In this document: piece by piece, positions 1 through 10,286 of the stretch
How the letters are laid out: each line of letters opens with the position of its first letter
Numbering within the stretch: position 1 is the first letter of the stretch
DNA from: Trueperaceae bacterium
GTDB lineage: Bacteria > Deinococcota > Deinococci > Deinococcales > Trueperaceae
Assembly: GCA_034520945.1 (NCBI GenBank)
Contig: JAXHNB010000005.1
Span: forward strand, 320,001 to 384,000
Reading direction: 5' to 3'
DNA: 64,000 nt
Position numbers and translations under genes: made by a program
Notes under the pieces: generated by a model
Seen by the model: only the letters and a program-made list of their open reading frames with translations
Databases searched by the model: none
What the model was told of the DNA's origin: nothing

Positions 1-82
1 CGGTGCGCCGGCGGCCGCGTGCGGGCTCGGTGCGTCGGAGGGACGTCCGCCGCCGGGCATGCGGGCTGCTAGGCTGACGTTC

Positions 83-1318
83 ATGACCGTGCTGGATCCC
101 GCTCGCCTGCGTGGCGACTTTCCCATTCTCGCGCGGGAGGTGCATGGCAAGCCGCTGATCTACCTCGACCATGCCGCCTCGTCGCAACGGCCCCGCGCCG
201 TGCTGGATGCGTGGCGCCAGCACTACGAACGCCATCACGCCAACGTGCACCGCGGCGCGCATCAACTCTCGGCCGAGGCGACCGACCGCTACGAAGCGGC
301 CCGGGTCGCCGTGGCCGACTTCCTGGGCGCGCCCACGGCACGGTCGCTGGTGTTCGTGCGCAACGCGACGGAGGGCATCAACCTGCTGGCCCGCGCCTGG
401 GGCGACGCGAATTTGCGTGAGGGGGACGAGATCGTCGTCACGGTCGCGGAGCACCACGCCAACCTGGTGCCGTGGCAACAGGCGACGCAGCGCACGGGCG
501 CCCGCATCCGAGCGGTCCCCTTGGGGCCGGATCAGCGCCTGGACATGGCGGCGTTGCGCGATGCGCTGGGGCCGGCCACGAAGGTGGTGGCCGTGCAGCA
601 CGTCTCGAACGTGCTCGGCATCGAACATCCCCTGGCCGAGATCCGTGCGGCCGCGCGCGAGGTGGGTGCGCTCACGTTCGTGGACGGCGCGCAGGCCGCC
701 CCGCACCTGCCGGTGGACCTCACCGCGCTGGACGTGGACGCCTACGCCGTCTCGGGCCACAAGATGCTCGGCCCGACCGGGATCGGTGCCGTGTGGGTGC
801 GAGAGGACCTGCTGGAGGCCATGCCGCCCTTCCTCGGCGGGGGGGAGATGATCCGCACCGTCGACATCGAGCGCTCCACGTACGCCGACATCCCCATGCG
901 ATTCGAGGCCGGCACCCCCGCTGTGGCGGAGGCGGTGGCGTGGGCCGAAGCGACCCGGTACCTTCAGGCGGTGGGCATGGAGGCGATCTGGGACCACAGC
1001 CGCGCGCTGGGGCGCCGCATGTTGGACCTTTTGGACGACGTCGAGGGGGTCACGACCTTCGGGCCGCGCGGGGACGATCGGGGTGGGATCGTGCCGTTCA
1101 CGCTCCAGGGCGTGCACCCGCACGACGTGGCCAGCGCGCTCGACGCGGAAGGGATCGCGGTTCGTGCGGGCCATCACTGCGCGCAACCGTTGATGCGCGC
1201 GCTCGGCGTGCCCTCGACCGTGCGGGCCAGCACGCACCTGACGACCACCGAGGAGGAGATCATTGCCTTCGCCGGGGCCGTTCGGGGCGCGCGCGACTTC
1301 TTCGCGGCGTTCGCCTGA
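83..1318 (+). CDS. sufS: Cysteine desulfurase, SufS family
   Basis: YLDHAASSQRP, PLP-lysine SGHKMLGPTG and catalytic RAGHHCAQP motifs; ATG at 83 lies 7 nt after TAGGCT. Confidence 0.95.
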   Translation: MTVLDPARLRGDFPILAREVHGKPLIYLDHAASSQRPRAVLDAWRQHYERHHANVHRGAHQLSAEATDRYEAARVAVADFLGAPTARSLVFVRNATEGINLLARAWGDANLREGDEIVVTVAEHHANLVPWQQATQRTGARIRAVPLGPDQRLDMAALRDALGPATKVVAVQHVSNVLGIEHPLAEIRAAAREVGALTFVDGAQAAPHLPVDLTALDVDAYAVSGHKMLGPTGIGAVWVREDLLEAMPPFLGGGEMIRTVDIERSTYADIPMRFEAGTPAVAEAVAWAEATRYLQAVGMEAIWDHSRALGRRMLDLLDDVEGVTTFGPRGDDRGGIVPFTLQGVHPHDVASALDAEGIAVRAGHHCAQPLMRALGVPSTVRASTHLTTTEEEIIAFAGAVRGARDFFAAFA

Positions 1319-1361
1319 TGCACGGGGGGCGCCCGCACCCGCCCCTCGAGGAGGCATCCCG

Positions 1362-1784
1362 GTGTTGATGGAGCAGATCTACAAGGAGGTGATCGTCTCG
1401 CGCAGCCGGCGGCCCCGGCGCCGCGGGACGGTAGAGCCCAGTACCGCGCGCCAGGAGGGCGTGAACCCGTCCTGTGGCGACGAGCTGGTGCTGAGCCTGC
1501 GCGTGGTGGACGGCGTGGTCGAGGAGGCCGCGTTCACGGGCCAGGGATGCGCCATCAGTCAGGCCAGCGCCGACCTGATGGCGGAGGCGATCGAGGGTCG
1601 CAGCGTCGAGGACGCCCGGGCCCTGTCCGAATCGTTCAAGGCGCTGATGCGCGGAGAGGAGCCCGCGATGGAGCTCGGCGAGCTCCGTGCCTTGGAGGGC
1701 GTCCGCAAGTTGCACGCCCGCGTGAAATGCGCGACGCTGCCGTTCACCACGCTGGACCAGGCGCTGGAGGGCGAAGGCGCCTAG
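1362..1784 (+). CDS. sufU: SUF system Fe-S assembly sulfur-transfer protein SufU
   Basis: NPSCGDE, GCAISQAS and RVKCATL motifs; follows sufS; GAGGAGG precedes GTG 1362 (ATG 1368 is an alternative start). Confidence 0.92.
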   Translation: MLMEQIYKEVIVSRSRRPRRRGTVEPSTARQEGVNPSCGDELVLSLRVVDGVVEEAAFTGQGCAISQASADLMAEAIEGRSVEDARALSESFKALMRGEEPAMELGELRALEGVRKLHARVKCATLPFTTLDQALEGEGA

Positions 1785-2314
1785 CCGGAGCCGTCGTCCG
1801 GGGGGCCGTGCCGGTCTGGCGCACCGGGTGCGCGGGCGGCGCTCTCCTCGTCCAACAGGACATCGCTGGCGTCCTGATCATTCAGGTCCTCGTCGCCGAT
1901 GCGGCTCGCGCGCGCGTCCAGGCTGCGCTCGAATGCGTGCAGCATGCCGCGGAACTGCTCGCGGAACGAGTCCTGCAGGCTTCGTAGGCGGGCCAGTTCG
2001 GTCTTGGCGTCGCGCAGATCGGCCTCGGCCTCTCGCTTGATGAGCGCCGCCTCCGTGCGGGCGCTCTCCTTGATCTGGTTGCCGACCCGCTCCGCCGCGA
2101 TGACGGCCTGACGCAGGTCGCTCTCGGCCTGCTGGAGCTCCTCGATGCGGGCGGCCTGGTGTTCGAGCCGCTCGCGCAACGCCTGCACCTCCTTGAGCAG
2201 GTCCTCCCGCTCGGACGCGATCCGTTCCAGGAAAGCGCGAACCTGCGCCGGGCGGTACCCCGACACGCCGCGTTCGAACTCCATGTGCTGGATGTCCAGG
2301 GGGCTGAGCCTCAT
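1781..2314 (-). CDS. divIVA: DivIVA domain-containing protein
   Basis: N-terminal MRLSPLDIQHMEF..GY..QVRAFL DivIVA motif followed by coiled coil; GAGGAGG upstream; overlaps the yggS stop. Confidence 0.85.
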   Translation of the reverse strand: MRLSPLDIQHMEFERGVSGYRPAQVRAFLERIASEREDLLKEVQALRERLEHQAARIEELQQAESDLRQAVIAAERVGNQIKESARTEAALIKREAEADLRDAKTELARLRSLQDSFREQFRGMLHAFERSLDARASRIGDEDLNDQDASDVLLDEESAARAPGAPDRHGPPDDGSG

Positions 2315-3024
2315 CGTCTCCTCCTCGCCTCGCCGGGCGGCGGTTCGTGCCGCGGCGTGGCGGACTGCGCGGCGGCCCCCTCGAACAGCGCGCTTCCGAT
2401 CCGGACCATGGTGGCGCCCTCCTCGATGGCGACCTCGAAGTCCCGGCTCATGCCCATGGACGCCTCGTGCAGGCCCAGCTCGTCGCGCAGGCGCCGCAGC
2501 CGCCGGAACCCGTCGCGCGCCCCCTCGGGGTCGTCGAGGAAGGGCGCCATCGCCATCAGGCCCACCACGTCGACGTGCTCCAGCTCGCGACAGTGCGCCA
2601 CTAGCGCCTTCGCCGCGCCTGGCGGCACGCCACGCTTGCGCGACTCGCCGAACGCGTCCACCTCGACCAACGCGCGAAAGGTGTGACCCCGACGCGCGCC
2701 CTGCTCGTTCATGGCGTCCGCCAGGCGCGGCGCGTTGAGCGAGTGCACCCAGCCGACGGCGCCGTCCACCAGGTACTTCACCTTGTTGCGCTGCAGATTG
2801 CCCACGAAATGCCAACGCACCCCCGGTGGCACGGCGTCCTTCTTGTCCCGCCACTCCTGCACCCGGTTCTCGCCCAGGTCCCGCACGCCGCCCTCCGCCA
2901 GCAGCGACGCGATCTCGTCCGCGTCCCGGCCCTTGGTGACCGCCACCAGCCGCACCTCGTCCACCGAACGGCCGGCGCGCCGGCAGGCAGCGTCGATGCG
3001 GGCCCGCACCTCGGGAAGGCTCAT
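2311..3024 (-). CDS. yggS: PLP homeostasis protein, YggS family
   Basis: LVAVTK, GENRVQE, WHFVGNLQRNKVK and SMGMSRDFEVAIEEGATMVRIGSALF motifs. Confidence 0.93.
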   Translation of the reverse strand: MSLPEVRARIDAACRRAGRSVDEVRLVAVTKGRDADEIASLLAEGGVRDLGENRVQEWRDKKDAVPPGVRWHFVGNLQRNKVKYLVDGAVGWVHSLNAPRLADAMNEQGARRGHTFRALVEVDAFGESRKRGVPPGAAKALVAHCRELEHVDVVGLMAMAPFLDDPEGARDGFRRLRRLRDELGLHEASMGMSRDFEVAIEEGATMVRIGSALFEGAAAQSATPRHEPPPGEARRRR

Positions 3025-3860
3025 AACTGCGGCAGGATCGCCCGCACCAGGCGCCGGAAGGTCGGCCCCACCTCGCGGGCCTTCATCAGCACGTCGTCGC
3101 TTTCTACGTGGTGGCCGGCGTCCGGGAGGGCCATGTCGGTGATGGTGGACAGGCCCAGCACCCGCATTCCCTCGTGGCGTGCGGCCAGCACCTCGAACAC
3201 GGTGGACATGCCGATCGCATCGGCGCCCCACGCCCGGAACATGCGCAGCTCCGCGCGCGTGGCGTAGCTCGGTCCGCTGACCGCGAGGTAGACCCCTTCC
3301 CGCAACGACACGTCGAGGCGCCGTGCGGTCTCCCGCGCGAGCTCCAGGTAGGCGGGATCGTAGGCGTCGAACATCACCGGGAACCGCGGGCCCAGCGCAT
3401 CGTCGTTCGGGCCGATCAGCGGGTTCTGGAAGGTGTGGTTCACGAAGTCGACCTGCAACATCAGCTCGCCCGCCCGGAAGTGCGGATTCAACCCCCCGCA
3501 GGCGTTGGACACCAGCAGCGCCTCGGCCCCCAACGCGTGCATCACGCGCACGGGGAACGCCACCTGGGCGCTCGGATAGCCGTCGTAGGGGTGAACGCGC
3601 CCCCGCATGGCGACGACGGGCCGGCCGTCCAGCCGGCCCAGCACCAAGCGGCCGTCGTGTCCGGGCGCGCTCGAGACGGGGAAGCCCGGCACGTCCGCGA
3701 AGGGGAGTTCCGCCTCGGGGTCGATCTCGTCGGCCAGGGGACCCAGCCCGGATCCCAGCACCAACGCGACCTCCGGCACGATCTCGGTGTGCGCTCGGAT
3801 GGCCTGCACGGCCGCGCTTCGCAACGGTTCTGCACGCAGGAAGTCGTGGGACGGCTGCAT
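3021..3860 (-). CDS. punA: Purine-nucleoside phosphorylase (trimeric type)
   Basis: VLGSGLG, GH.GRLV.G, NACGG, GPSY.T.AE and GMSTV.EV motifs. Confidence 0.9.
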   Translation of the reverse strand: MQPSHDFLRAEPLRSAAVQAIRAHTEIVPEVALVLGSGLGPLADEIDPEAELPFADVPGFPVSSAPGHDGRLVLGRLDGRPVVAMRGRVHPYDGYPSAQVAFPVRVMHALGAEALLVSNACGGLNPHFRAGELMLQVDFVNHTFQNPLIGPNDDALGPRFPVMFDAYDPAYLELARETARRLDVSLREGVYLAVSGPSYATRAELRMFRAWGADAIGMSTVFEVLAARHEGMRVLGLSTITDMALPDAGHHVESDDVLMKAREVGPTFRRLVRAILPQL

Positions 3861-3964
3861 GCCGCACCATAACCCCCGCCGGGGTCCGCCGAGCGGCCCG
3901 ATTCCCGTCGCGACCCCGAGCGCGCCGCCCATGTCGTTCTCACCTCGCTCGGTACACTGGCGGC

Positions 3965-6646
3965 ATGTCCACCAGGCCCCGGCCGCGACCGTCCGTCCTC
4001 TTCGCGATCCTCGTCCTGCTCGCAGCCGCGCCGGTTCCCCTGGCCGGCGCTCGGGCCCAGGCGCCCGAGGTACGTGGCCCGCTGGTCGAGGTCCGTGTGG
4101 AGGGCACCGACGACTACGCCGACATCGTCCGCACGCTGATCAGCGCACGCGAGGGAACGCCGGCCGAACGCATCGACCTGGAGGCCGAACGAAACCGGGT
4201 GTTCGGCCTCGGTACCTTCGCGACCGTCAGCGTCGATCTGTTGGACGAGGATGCCGGGCCCGTGCTCCGCATCCGCGTCGAGGAGAACCCCGAGATCGGC
4301 GAGGTCGCGTTCCAGGGCGTGTCCAGCGTCGGCGCGGACCGGCTGCGGGGCGTGCTGGCCCGCGAGCACCTGCTGGAGGCGGGACGGATCTACAACGTCG
4401 GGCGTGCCGACGAGGCGACGCAGACGATCGCGGACGTGTACCGCGCGGAAGGGTTCCCGTTCAGGCCGCCGGTCGTGCTGGACACCGAAGCGGCGCCCGA
4501 GCTGGCCGAGCGGGGCGACGACCCCCCCGTCCGGCTGGTGTATCAGGTCGACGAGTCCGCCCCCTTGGACGAGGTCCGCTTCGGTTCCAGCGAGGTGTTC
4601 GAGGAGGACGAGCTGCGGAGCATCTTCGCCCGCGTGGCGGAGCAGGACGCCTTCGACCTGAGCATCTACCGCAATGCCGTCTCCGACCTCGGTGAGCGCT
4701 ACGAGGAGCTCGGCTACCGCCGCAGCGGCGTCGACCTCGAGGCGTCGTCGTTGCGCAACGGCGTGCTCGAGGTGCGGCTGCGCGAGCTTCGCATCGCGTC
4801 GATCGACACCACGCCGCTCGGCATCGACGCCAGTGAACTCAGCGTCGAGGAGGGCGATCTGTTCGATTACGACGTGCTGCTGGCGGACGTCCGGCGGCTG
4901 GCCGAGGGCCAGAGCGGGGACGTACGGCTGGTGCCGGCCGTGACCTCGTCGGGGATGGTGCGGGTCACCTTCGAGCTCGGCCCGCCCGACACGGCGGGCG
5001 AGATCCGCGAGGTCCGCATCGAAGGCAACACCGTGTTGAGCGACGAGGAGCTCATCGAACGCCTCACCCTCCGCGAGGGGGACACCTTCACCTCCACCCT
5101 GGCCGACGAGGACTTCGGGCGCATCGGCGAGGCGTACGCCGACGCGGGGTACGCCATCGCCAGCGAACCGTCCTACAACTGGCTGGACGGCGTCTACGTG
5201 CAGCGCGTCACCGAGTACCGCGTGGGCGCGTACGACCTGAACTGGACGGGCGACCGGCCCGCGGCCGAGTCGTTCGTGGTGCTTCGCGAGCTGCCCGAGC
5301 CCGGCTCGGTGCTGTCTCTGGACGAACTGGACGGTGGACTTAGGCGCCTGTTGCGCCAGGGTGCGGTCCGGCCGGTGGATCGCCGGATCCTGCCCAGCGA
5401 AGCGGGCCCCGACGACGAGGTCCTGGTCGAGGTCACGCTGGAGTCGGCGCAAACCGGGCTGTTCCAGCCGTCCGCGAACTACAGCACCGTGGCCGGTTTC
5501 TCCGCGTCGTTGAGCGTGAGCGAGCAGAACCTATGGGGTCGCGCCCACGCCGCCGAAGCGTCGGTGGACGCCCGCACCTCCGACATCGGGTTCCTGCTGG
5601 GCGGCAACGTGCGCTACCGGGTGCCGTGGGTGTACCTCGACGCCCTCGACTTCCGTGAGGTCCGCACCTCGGTGACAATGTCGCTGTACTCGAACATCGA
5701 CACCAACCAACCGCTATCGAGCGACGGCACCACGCGCCTCGAGTATCCCGGCTCAGCGGGGGGCGAGGCGAACGCGGTCTCCATCGGCGAGTACGCCAGG
5801 CGAGACACCGGCGTGTCGCTGAGTGCCGGCCGGCCGCTCACCGACACGCTGGACCTGCAGACCTCGGTGCGGGCCAGCCTGTCGGGCGCGACCCTCGAAC
5901 CCCCGCAGGCGTCGTGCCGCCTGGACGATGACGGCAACGTGGAGAATCCCGGGTCGTGCGCGTTTGCGGAGGAGGACGCCCGCGACTACCTGCCGATCGG
6001 AGGGGCGTCGGGGTTCCTCGGGGCGGACCTCGGCTACGACACGCGTGACAGCGCCGAGTTTCCCCGCGAGGGGCTGGCCGCCAGCGCGTCGGTGGGCGTC
6101 GGGATCGGCAACGACTTCTCGGTCGACGGTGAGCGGACCGCCTACCACTACGAGCCGGTGCAGTTCGGGGTCAAGAGCTACGTCACGCTGGCCAGCCTGT
6201 TCCCCGAAGAGATTCAGGACGACAACCACGTCTTCGCGGGACGCCTCAACGTCGGGCACCAGTTCGGCGGGGCCTACCCCGCCGCCAAGCGGTTTCGCTT
6301 GGGCGGCACCGTCCGGGAGGCCACGCGGGTACGTGGCTACCGCGACGGCGATTTCGACCTGTCGCGGACCTACGGCACCGCCTCGCTGGAGTACCGCTAC
6401 GACTTCGAGCTCAGCACCGTGGCGACGCAGACGCTGATCGGCATCGGCTTCGTCGATGCCGCCTGGGCCAGCGGCATGCCCGGCTTCCCCGAGTACGGCA
6501 CGCCGATCGTCGCCAGCGCCGGATTGGGGTTGCAGGTCAACCTCGGCTTCTCCGGCGTCGCGCTTCCGGCCTTGCGTTTCGACTACGGCTTCAGCGAGAC
6601 CCACCCGACGGGCGTGTTCGCGTTCCGCGTCGGCACGGTGTTCTGA
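3965..6646 (+). CDS. Outer-membrane protein assembly factor, BamA/Omp85 family (POTRA repeats plus beta-barrel)
   Basis: Signal peptide; repeated POTRA-like segments (e.g. EVRIEGNTVLSDEEL); SEQNLWGR barrel start; VRGY loop motif; C-terminal beta-signal ending in Phe (FRVGTVF). Confidence 0.85.
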   Translation: MSTRPRPRPSVLFAILVLLAAAPVPLAGARAQAPEVRGPLVEVRVEGTDDYADIVRTLISAREGTPAERIDLEAERNRVFGLGTFATVSVDLLDEDAGPVLRIRVEENPEIGEVAFQGVSSVGADRLRGVLAREHLLEAGRIYNVGRADEATQTIADVYRAEGFPFRPPVVLDTEAAPELAERGDDPPVRLVYQVDESAPLDEVRFGSSEVFEEDELRSIFARVAEQDAFDLSIYRNAVSDLGERYEELGYRRSGVDLEASSLRNGVLEVRLRELRIASIDTTPLGIDASELSVEEGDLFDYDVLLADVRRLAEGQSGDVRLVPAVTSSGMVRVTFELGPPDTAGEIREVRIEGNTVLSDEELIERLTLREGDTFTSTLADEDFGRIGEAYADAGYAIASEPSYNWLDGVYVQRVTEYRVGAYDLNWTGDRPAAESFVVLRELPEPGSVLSLDELDGGLRRLLRQGAVRPVDRRILPSEAGPDDEVLVEVTLESAQTGLFQPSANYSTVAGFSASLSVSEQNLWGRAHAAEASVDARTSDIGFLLGGNVRYRVPWVYLDALDFREVRTSVTMSLYSNIDTNQPLSSDGTTRLEYPGSAGGEANAVSIGEYARRDTGVSLSAGRPLTDTLDLQTSVRASLSGATLEPPQASCRLDDDGNVENPGSCAFAEEDARDYLPIGGASGFLGADLGYDTRDSAEFPREGLAASASVGVGIGNDFSVDGERTAYHYEPVQFGVKSYVTLASLFPEEIQDDNHVFAGRLNVGHQFGGAYPAAKRFRLGGTVREATRVRGYRDGDFDLSRTYGTASLEYRYDFELSTVATQTLIGIGFVDAAWASGMPGFPEYGTPIVASAGLGLQVNLGFSGVALPALRFDYGFSETHPTGVFAFRVGTVF

Positions 6647-6711
6647 GCTGAGCGAGGCCCAACGGCGGCACGGGGGAGGCGTGGCCGGGTCCGCACGCCG
6701 CCGCCCAACGT

Positions 6712-7797
6712 TCAGACGTTGAACAGGAAGTGCATCACGTCGCCGTCGTGCACGCGGTAGTTCTTGCCTTCGGTGCGCAGCTTTCCGCGGGCGCGCGCGG
6801 CGGCGATGCTGCCCGCGCGCACCAGTTCGTCCCATGCGATCGTCTCGGCGCGAATGAAGCCGCGCTGCATGTCGGTGTGGATCACGCCCGCCGCTTCGGG
6901 GGCGAGGGCGCCCTCGCGGACCGTCCAGGCACGCACCTCCTTCTCGCTGGCCGTGAGGAAGGTGACCAGTCCGAGCGCCCGGTAGCCGGTCTCGATCAGG
7001 CGTTCCAGACCGGAGCGCTCCACGCCGAGATCGTCCAAGAAGACGCGGGCCTCCTCGTCGTCCAGTTCGGCCAGCTCCTGCTCGATGCGGGCGCTGATCA
7101 CGACCACCTCGCTGCCTTCGGCGTCGGCGCGGGCGCGCACCTGGTCCACCATGGCGTTGCCGCGCGCGATATCGGCCTCGGCTACGTTGCAGACGTAGAT
7201 CACCGGCTTGGCCGTCAACAACTGCAGCTCGGCCGGCACCGCCACGCCGCTGGCGCGCGCCGGCGTCCCCTCCGCCAGGACGTCCAGGAGGCGATCGACG
7301 GCGGCCAGGGTCTTGGCGGCCTCCTCGTCGCCCTTGGCCGAGCGGCGCAGGCGTTCCTTGCGCTTCTCCAGCGTGGCGAGGTCGGCCAGGGCGAGCTCGG
7401 TGTCGATGGTGTCGATGTCCCCGCCCGGATCGACCCGGCCCGAGACGTGCACGACATCGGGATCCTCGAAGCAGCGCACCACGTGCGCGATGGCCGACAC
7501 CTCGCGGATGTTGGCGAGAAAGCGGTTGCCGAGCCCTTCGCCGCGCGACGCGCCGGCCACCAGGCCCGCGATGTCGACGAACTCGACGGTGGTCGGCACG
7601 ACCGGCGGCGTGACGCCGTTCTTGGCGTACAGGTCGCGCAAGGCCGGCAGGCGCGGATCGGGCACGGGCACGACGCCGACGTTCTTGTCGATGGTCGCGA
7701 ACGGGTAGTTGGCGGCCACGATCCCCGCGTTGGTGATGGCGTTGAACAGGGTGCTCTTGCCGACGTTCGGCAGCCCCACGATTCCGATTCCCAGCAT
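6712..7797 (-). CDS. ychF: Ribosome-binding ATPase YchF
   Basis: GIVGLPNVGKSTLFNA, NYPFATI, DIAGLV.GAS.GEGLGN.FL, and TGS C-terminus (EGKNY.V.DGD); GGAGGAG upstream. Confidence 0.96.
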   Translation of the reverse strand: MLGIGIVGLPNVGKSTLFNAITNAGIVAANYPFATIDKNVGVVPVPDPRLPALRDLYAKNGVTPPVVPTTVEFVDIAGLVAGASRGEGLGNRFLANIREVSAIAHVVRCFEDPDVVHVSGRVDPGGDIDTIDTELALADLATLEKRKERLRRSAKGDEEAAKTLAAVDRLLDVLAEGTPARASGVAVPAELQLLTAKPVIYVCNVAEADIARGNAMVDQVRARADAEGSEVVVISARIEQELAELDDEEARVFLDDLGVERSGLERLIETGYRALGLVTFLTASEKEVRAWTVREGALAPEAAGVIHTDMQRGFIRAETIAWDELVRAGSIAAARARGKLRTEGKNYRVHDGDVMHFLFNV

Positions 7798-7914
7798 GCG
7801 CTCCTCCGGTGCCGTTCTGCGGGCCAGCAGGCGCCGCAGCGCGCCGGGCAGGATACACGAGCGGGGCCGCCGCGGCGTGCGGGGCGGACGGAGCGCCGTG
7901 CTATCCTCGCGCGC

Positions 7915-8937
7915 ATGGAATCGCCTGTCCACGCGCGTTCACGGGTCGGCCTGCTCGGGGTAGGCACCGTCGGAAGCGCGTTCGCCGAGCTGCTGGCCAC
8001 GCGCCCCGAGTTGACCCTGAGCGCCGCGTTGGTGCGGGATCCGGACAAGCCGCGTCGGCTGGCGCACCCCGACGACGTCCTCACCACCGATCCGGAGGCG
8101 GTGCTGTCCGGCGCCGACGTGGTGGTCGAGGCGATGGGGGGCACCGGCGCGGCCGTCGACCTGATGCTGGACGCATTGAATCGTGGCCTGCGGGTCGTCA
8201 CCGCCAACAAGGCGGCCCTGGCGGAGCGCTGGGAGGTGTTCGCGCCCTACCTGGGGGAGGGCCGGCTCTACTTCGAGTCCGCCGTCATGGCGGGCACGCC
8301 GGTGCTGGGCGCGGTGGCCGGGCCCCTCCGCGGCTCGGCGCCGCACGAGATTCACGCCGTGCTGAACGGCACCTGCGGGTTCATCCTGTCGCGTCTGGAG
8401 CAGGGCGTGTCGTACGACGAGGCCCTGGGCGAGGCGCAGCGGCTCGGGTACGCCGAGGCCGATCCCAGCCTGGACGTCGGCGGCATCGACGCGGCGCACA
8501 AGCTGGCGGTGCTGGCGCGCCTGGCGGTCGACCCCGAGCTTCCATGGTCGGCGGTGCGGGCGGAAACGCGCGGGATCGAGCGCCTCACGCCCAGCATCGT
8601 GCACGAGGCGATGGAGGATGGCGGCCGCGTGCAGCTGGTGGGCAGCATCGTGCCGGCCGGTGGCGGCTGGCGGGCGACCGTGCGCCCCGTCTACCTCCCG
8701 ACGGGGCACCCGCTCGGGGCGGCGGAAGAGGCGCGTGCCACGCTGGTGTACCGCGGCGTCGGTGGCGAGCTCGTGTTCACCGGTCCGGGCGCGGGGGGGA
8801 CCGAGACGGCCGCGGCGGTGCTCGGCGACGTGCTGAGTGCGGTGGCGGGCCGGCCGGGCCCCCCACCGCTGCCGCGCGCCGTGCGGCCGCCTGCGAAGGC
8901 CCCGCGCGAGGATCTGGGCGAGCTCGAACCGGCGTGA
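7915..8937 (+). CDS. hom: Homoserine dehydrogenase (short form without ACT domain)
   Basis: GVGTVG Rossmann motif, VVTANK, ESAV.AGTP, LNGT, GYAEADP..DV.G.DAAHK, GPGAGG. Confidence 0.9.
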   Translation: MESPVHARSRVGLLGVGTVGSAFAELLATRPELTLSAALVRDPDKPRRLAHPDDVLTTDPEAVLSGADVVVEAMGGTGAAVDLMLDALNRGLRVVTANKAALAERWEVFAPYLGEGRLYFESAVMAGTPVLGAVAGPLRGSAPHEIHAVLNGTCGFILSRLEQGVSYDEALGEAQRLGYAEADPSLDVGGIDAAHKLAVLARLAVDPELPWSAVRAETRGIERLTPSIVHEAMEDGGRVQLVGSIVPAGGGWRATVRPVYLPTGHPLGAAEEARATLVYRGVGGELVFTGPGAGGTETAAAVLGDVLSAVAGRPGPPPLPRAVRPPAKAPREDLGELEPA

Positions 8938-10280
8938 GCGACACCGTCCCCCCGCCGCCCCCGGGGGAGCCGGGCGCCGTGCGCGTGCGAAGCACGCGCG
9001 CCCCGCACGCGCCGGGGTACGCCCTGGACGACGCCGTCCTGCAGGGGCTGGCGCCGGACGGGGGTCTGTTCGTGCCCGAGCGCATCCCGCCCCTGCCCAC
9101 GGGCTGGCGCGATGCCCACACCCCGGCCGAGCTCCTTGCGCGCGTGCTGGCCCCCTGGTGGGGTGAGGAGGTGGACGACGTCGCCTCCTGGATGACCGAC
9201 GCCCTCGACTTCCCGCTGCCGCTACGCCCGCTGTCGGACGAGCGTTGGCTGCTGGAGTTGTTCCATGGGCCGACCGCGTCGTTCAAGGACGTCGGCGCGC
9301 GCGTCCTGGCCCGGCTGGTGGCACGTACGCTGACGCGGCGCGGCGCCCGCGCGACGGTGCTCGTCGCCACCAGCGGCGACACGGGCAGCGCCGTGGCCGA
9401 CGGGTTCGCCGGCATGCCCGGCGTGCGCGTGGTCCTGCTGTACCCGCGGGGCAAGGTGAGCGACATCCAGGAACGCCAACTGATCAAAGCGCGGCCGGGC
9501 GTGCGGACGTTCGCCGTCGAGGGCGACTTCGACGACACGCAGCGGCTCGTCAAGCAGGCGTTCCGAGATCCGGCGCTGGCCCCCCTGAACCTGACGAGCG
9601 CCAATTCGATCAACGTGGGCCGCCTGTTGCCGCAGATGGCGTACTACCTGTGGGGCGCGCGCACGCTCGGGCGCGAGCATGGCGTGGAGGCGCCGCCGTG
9701 GTTCGTGGTGCCGTCGGGCAACCTCGGCAACCTCACCGCGGGCATGCTGGCGGGCCGCGCCGGGCTCGAGGTCGGCGGCTGGTTGGCCGCGCTGAACGCC
9801 AACGACTACCTGGCGTCCTACCTGGCGGGCCGCCGGGCCGCCTACGCGTTCCCGCCCACCGTGGCCACCCCGTCCAACGCCATGGACGTCGGCGCGCCCA
9901 GCAACTTCGAGCGCTTGGACGCCCTGTTCGGCGCCGAGCTGCCGAGTCTGCTGCAGGCCGAGTCGGTGTCGGACGAGGCGACGCACGCGCGCATGCGTCG
10001 CACCGCCGAGGAGGACGGCGTGGGGGTCTGTCCGCACACGGCGGTCGCCCTGGAAGCGCTGGCGCGGGCCCGCGCGGAGGGGCGCGCCGAGGGGCCCGCC
10101 ATCGTGCTGGCGACCGCGCACCCCGCCAAGTTCCCGGACGCCGTGCGGCGCGCCACCGGGGGGCCGCCGCCGCGCTCCGTGGCGCTGGAGGCGTTGCAGG
10201 AGGGGCCGGTCCAGGTCGAACCGCTGGCCGCGACCGACGTGGCGCTCCGCGAGGCGCTCCTGGCCGGCCGCTCCGCCTGA
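8934..10280 (+). CDS. thrC: Threonine synthase (long, E. coli-like class)
   Basis: GLAPDGGLFVP, ELFHGPT.SFKD, ATSGDTGSA, SANSIN.GR, VPSGNLGN, ATAHPAKF; GTGA overlap with hom. Confidence 0.92.
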   Translation: MSDTVPPPPPGEPGAVRVRSTRAPHAPGYALDDAVLQGLAPDGGLFVPERIPPLPTGWRDAHTPAELLARVLAPWWGEEVDDVASWMTDALDFPLPLRPLSDERWLLELFHGPTASFKDVGARVLARLVARTLTRRGARATVLVATSGDTGSAVADGFAGMPGVRVVLLYPRGKVSDIQERQLIKARPGVRTFAVEGDFDDTQRLVKQAFRDPALAPLNLTSANSINVGRLLPQMAYYLWGARTLGREHGVEAPPWFVVPSGNLGNLTAGMLAGRAGLEVGGWLAALNANDYLASYLAGRRAAYAFPPTVATPSNAMDVGAPSNFERLDALFGAELPSLLQAESVSDEATHARMRRTAEEDGVGVCPHTAVALEALARARAEGRAEGPAIVLATAHPAKFPDAVRRATGGPPPRSVALEALQEGPVQVEPLAATDVALREALLAGRSA

Positions 10281-10286
10281 GCCGAC

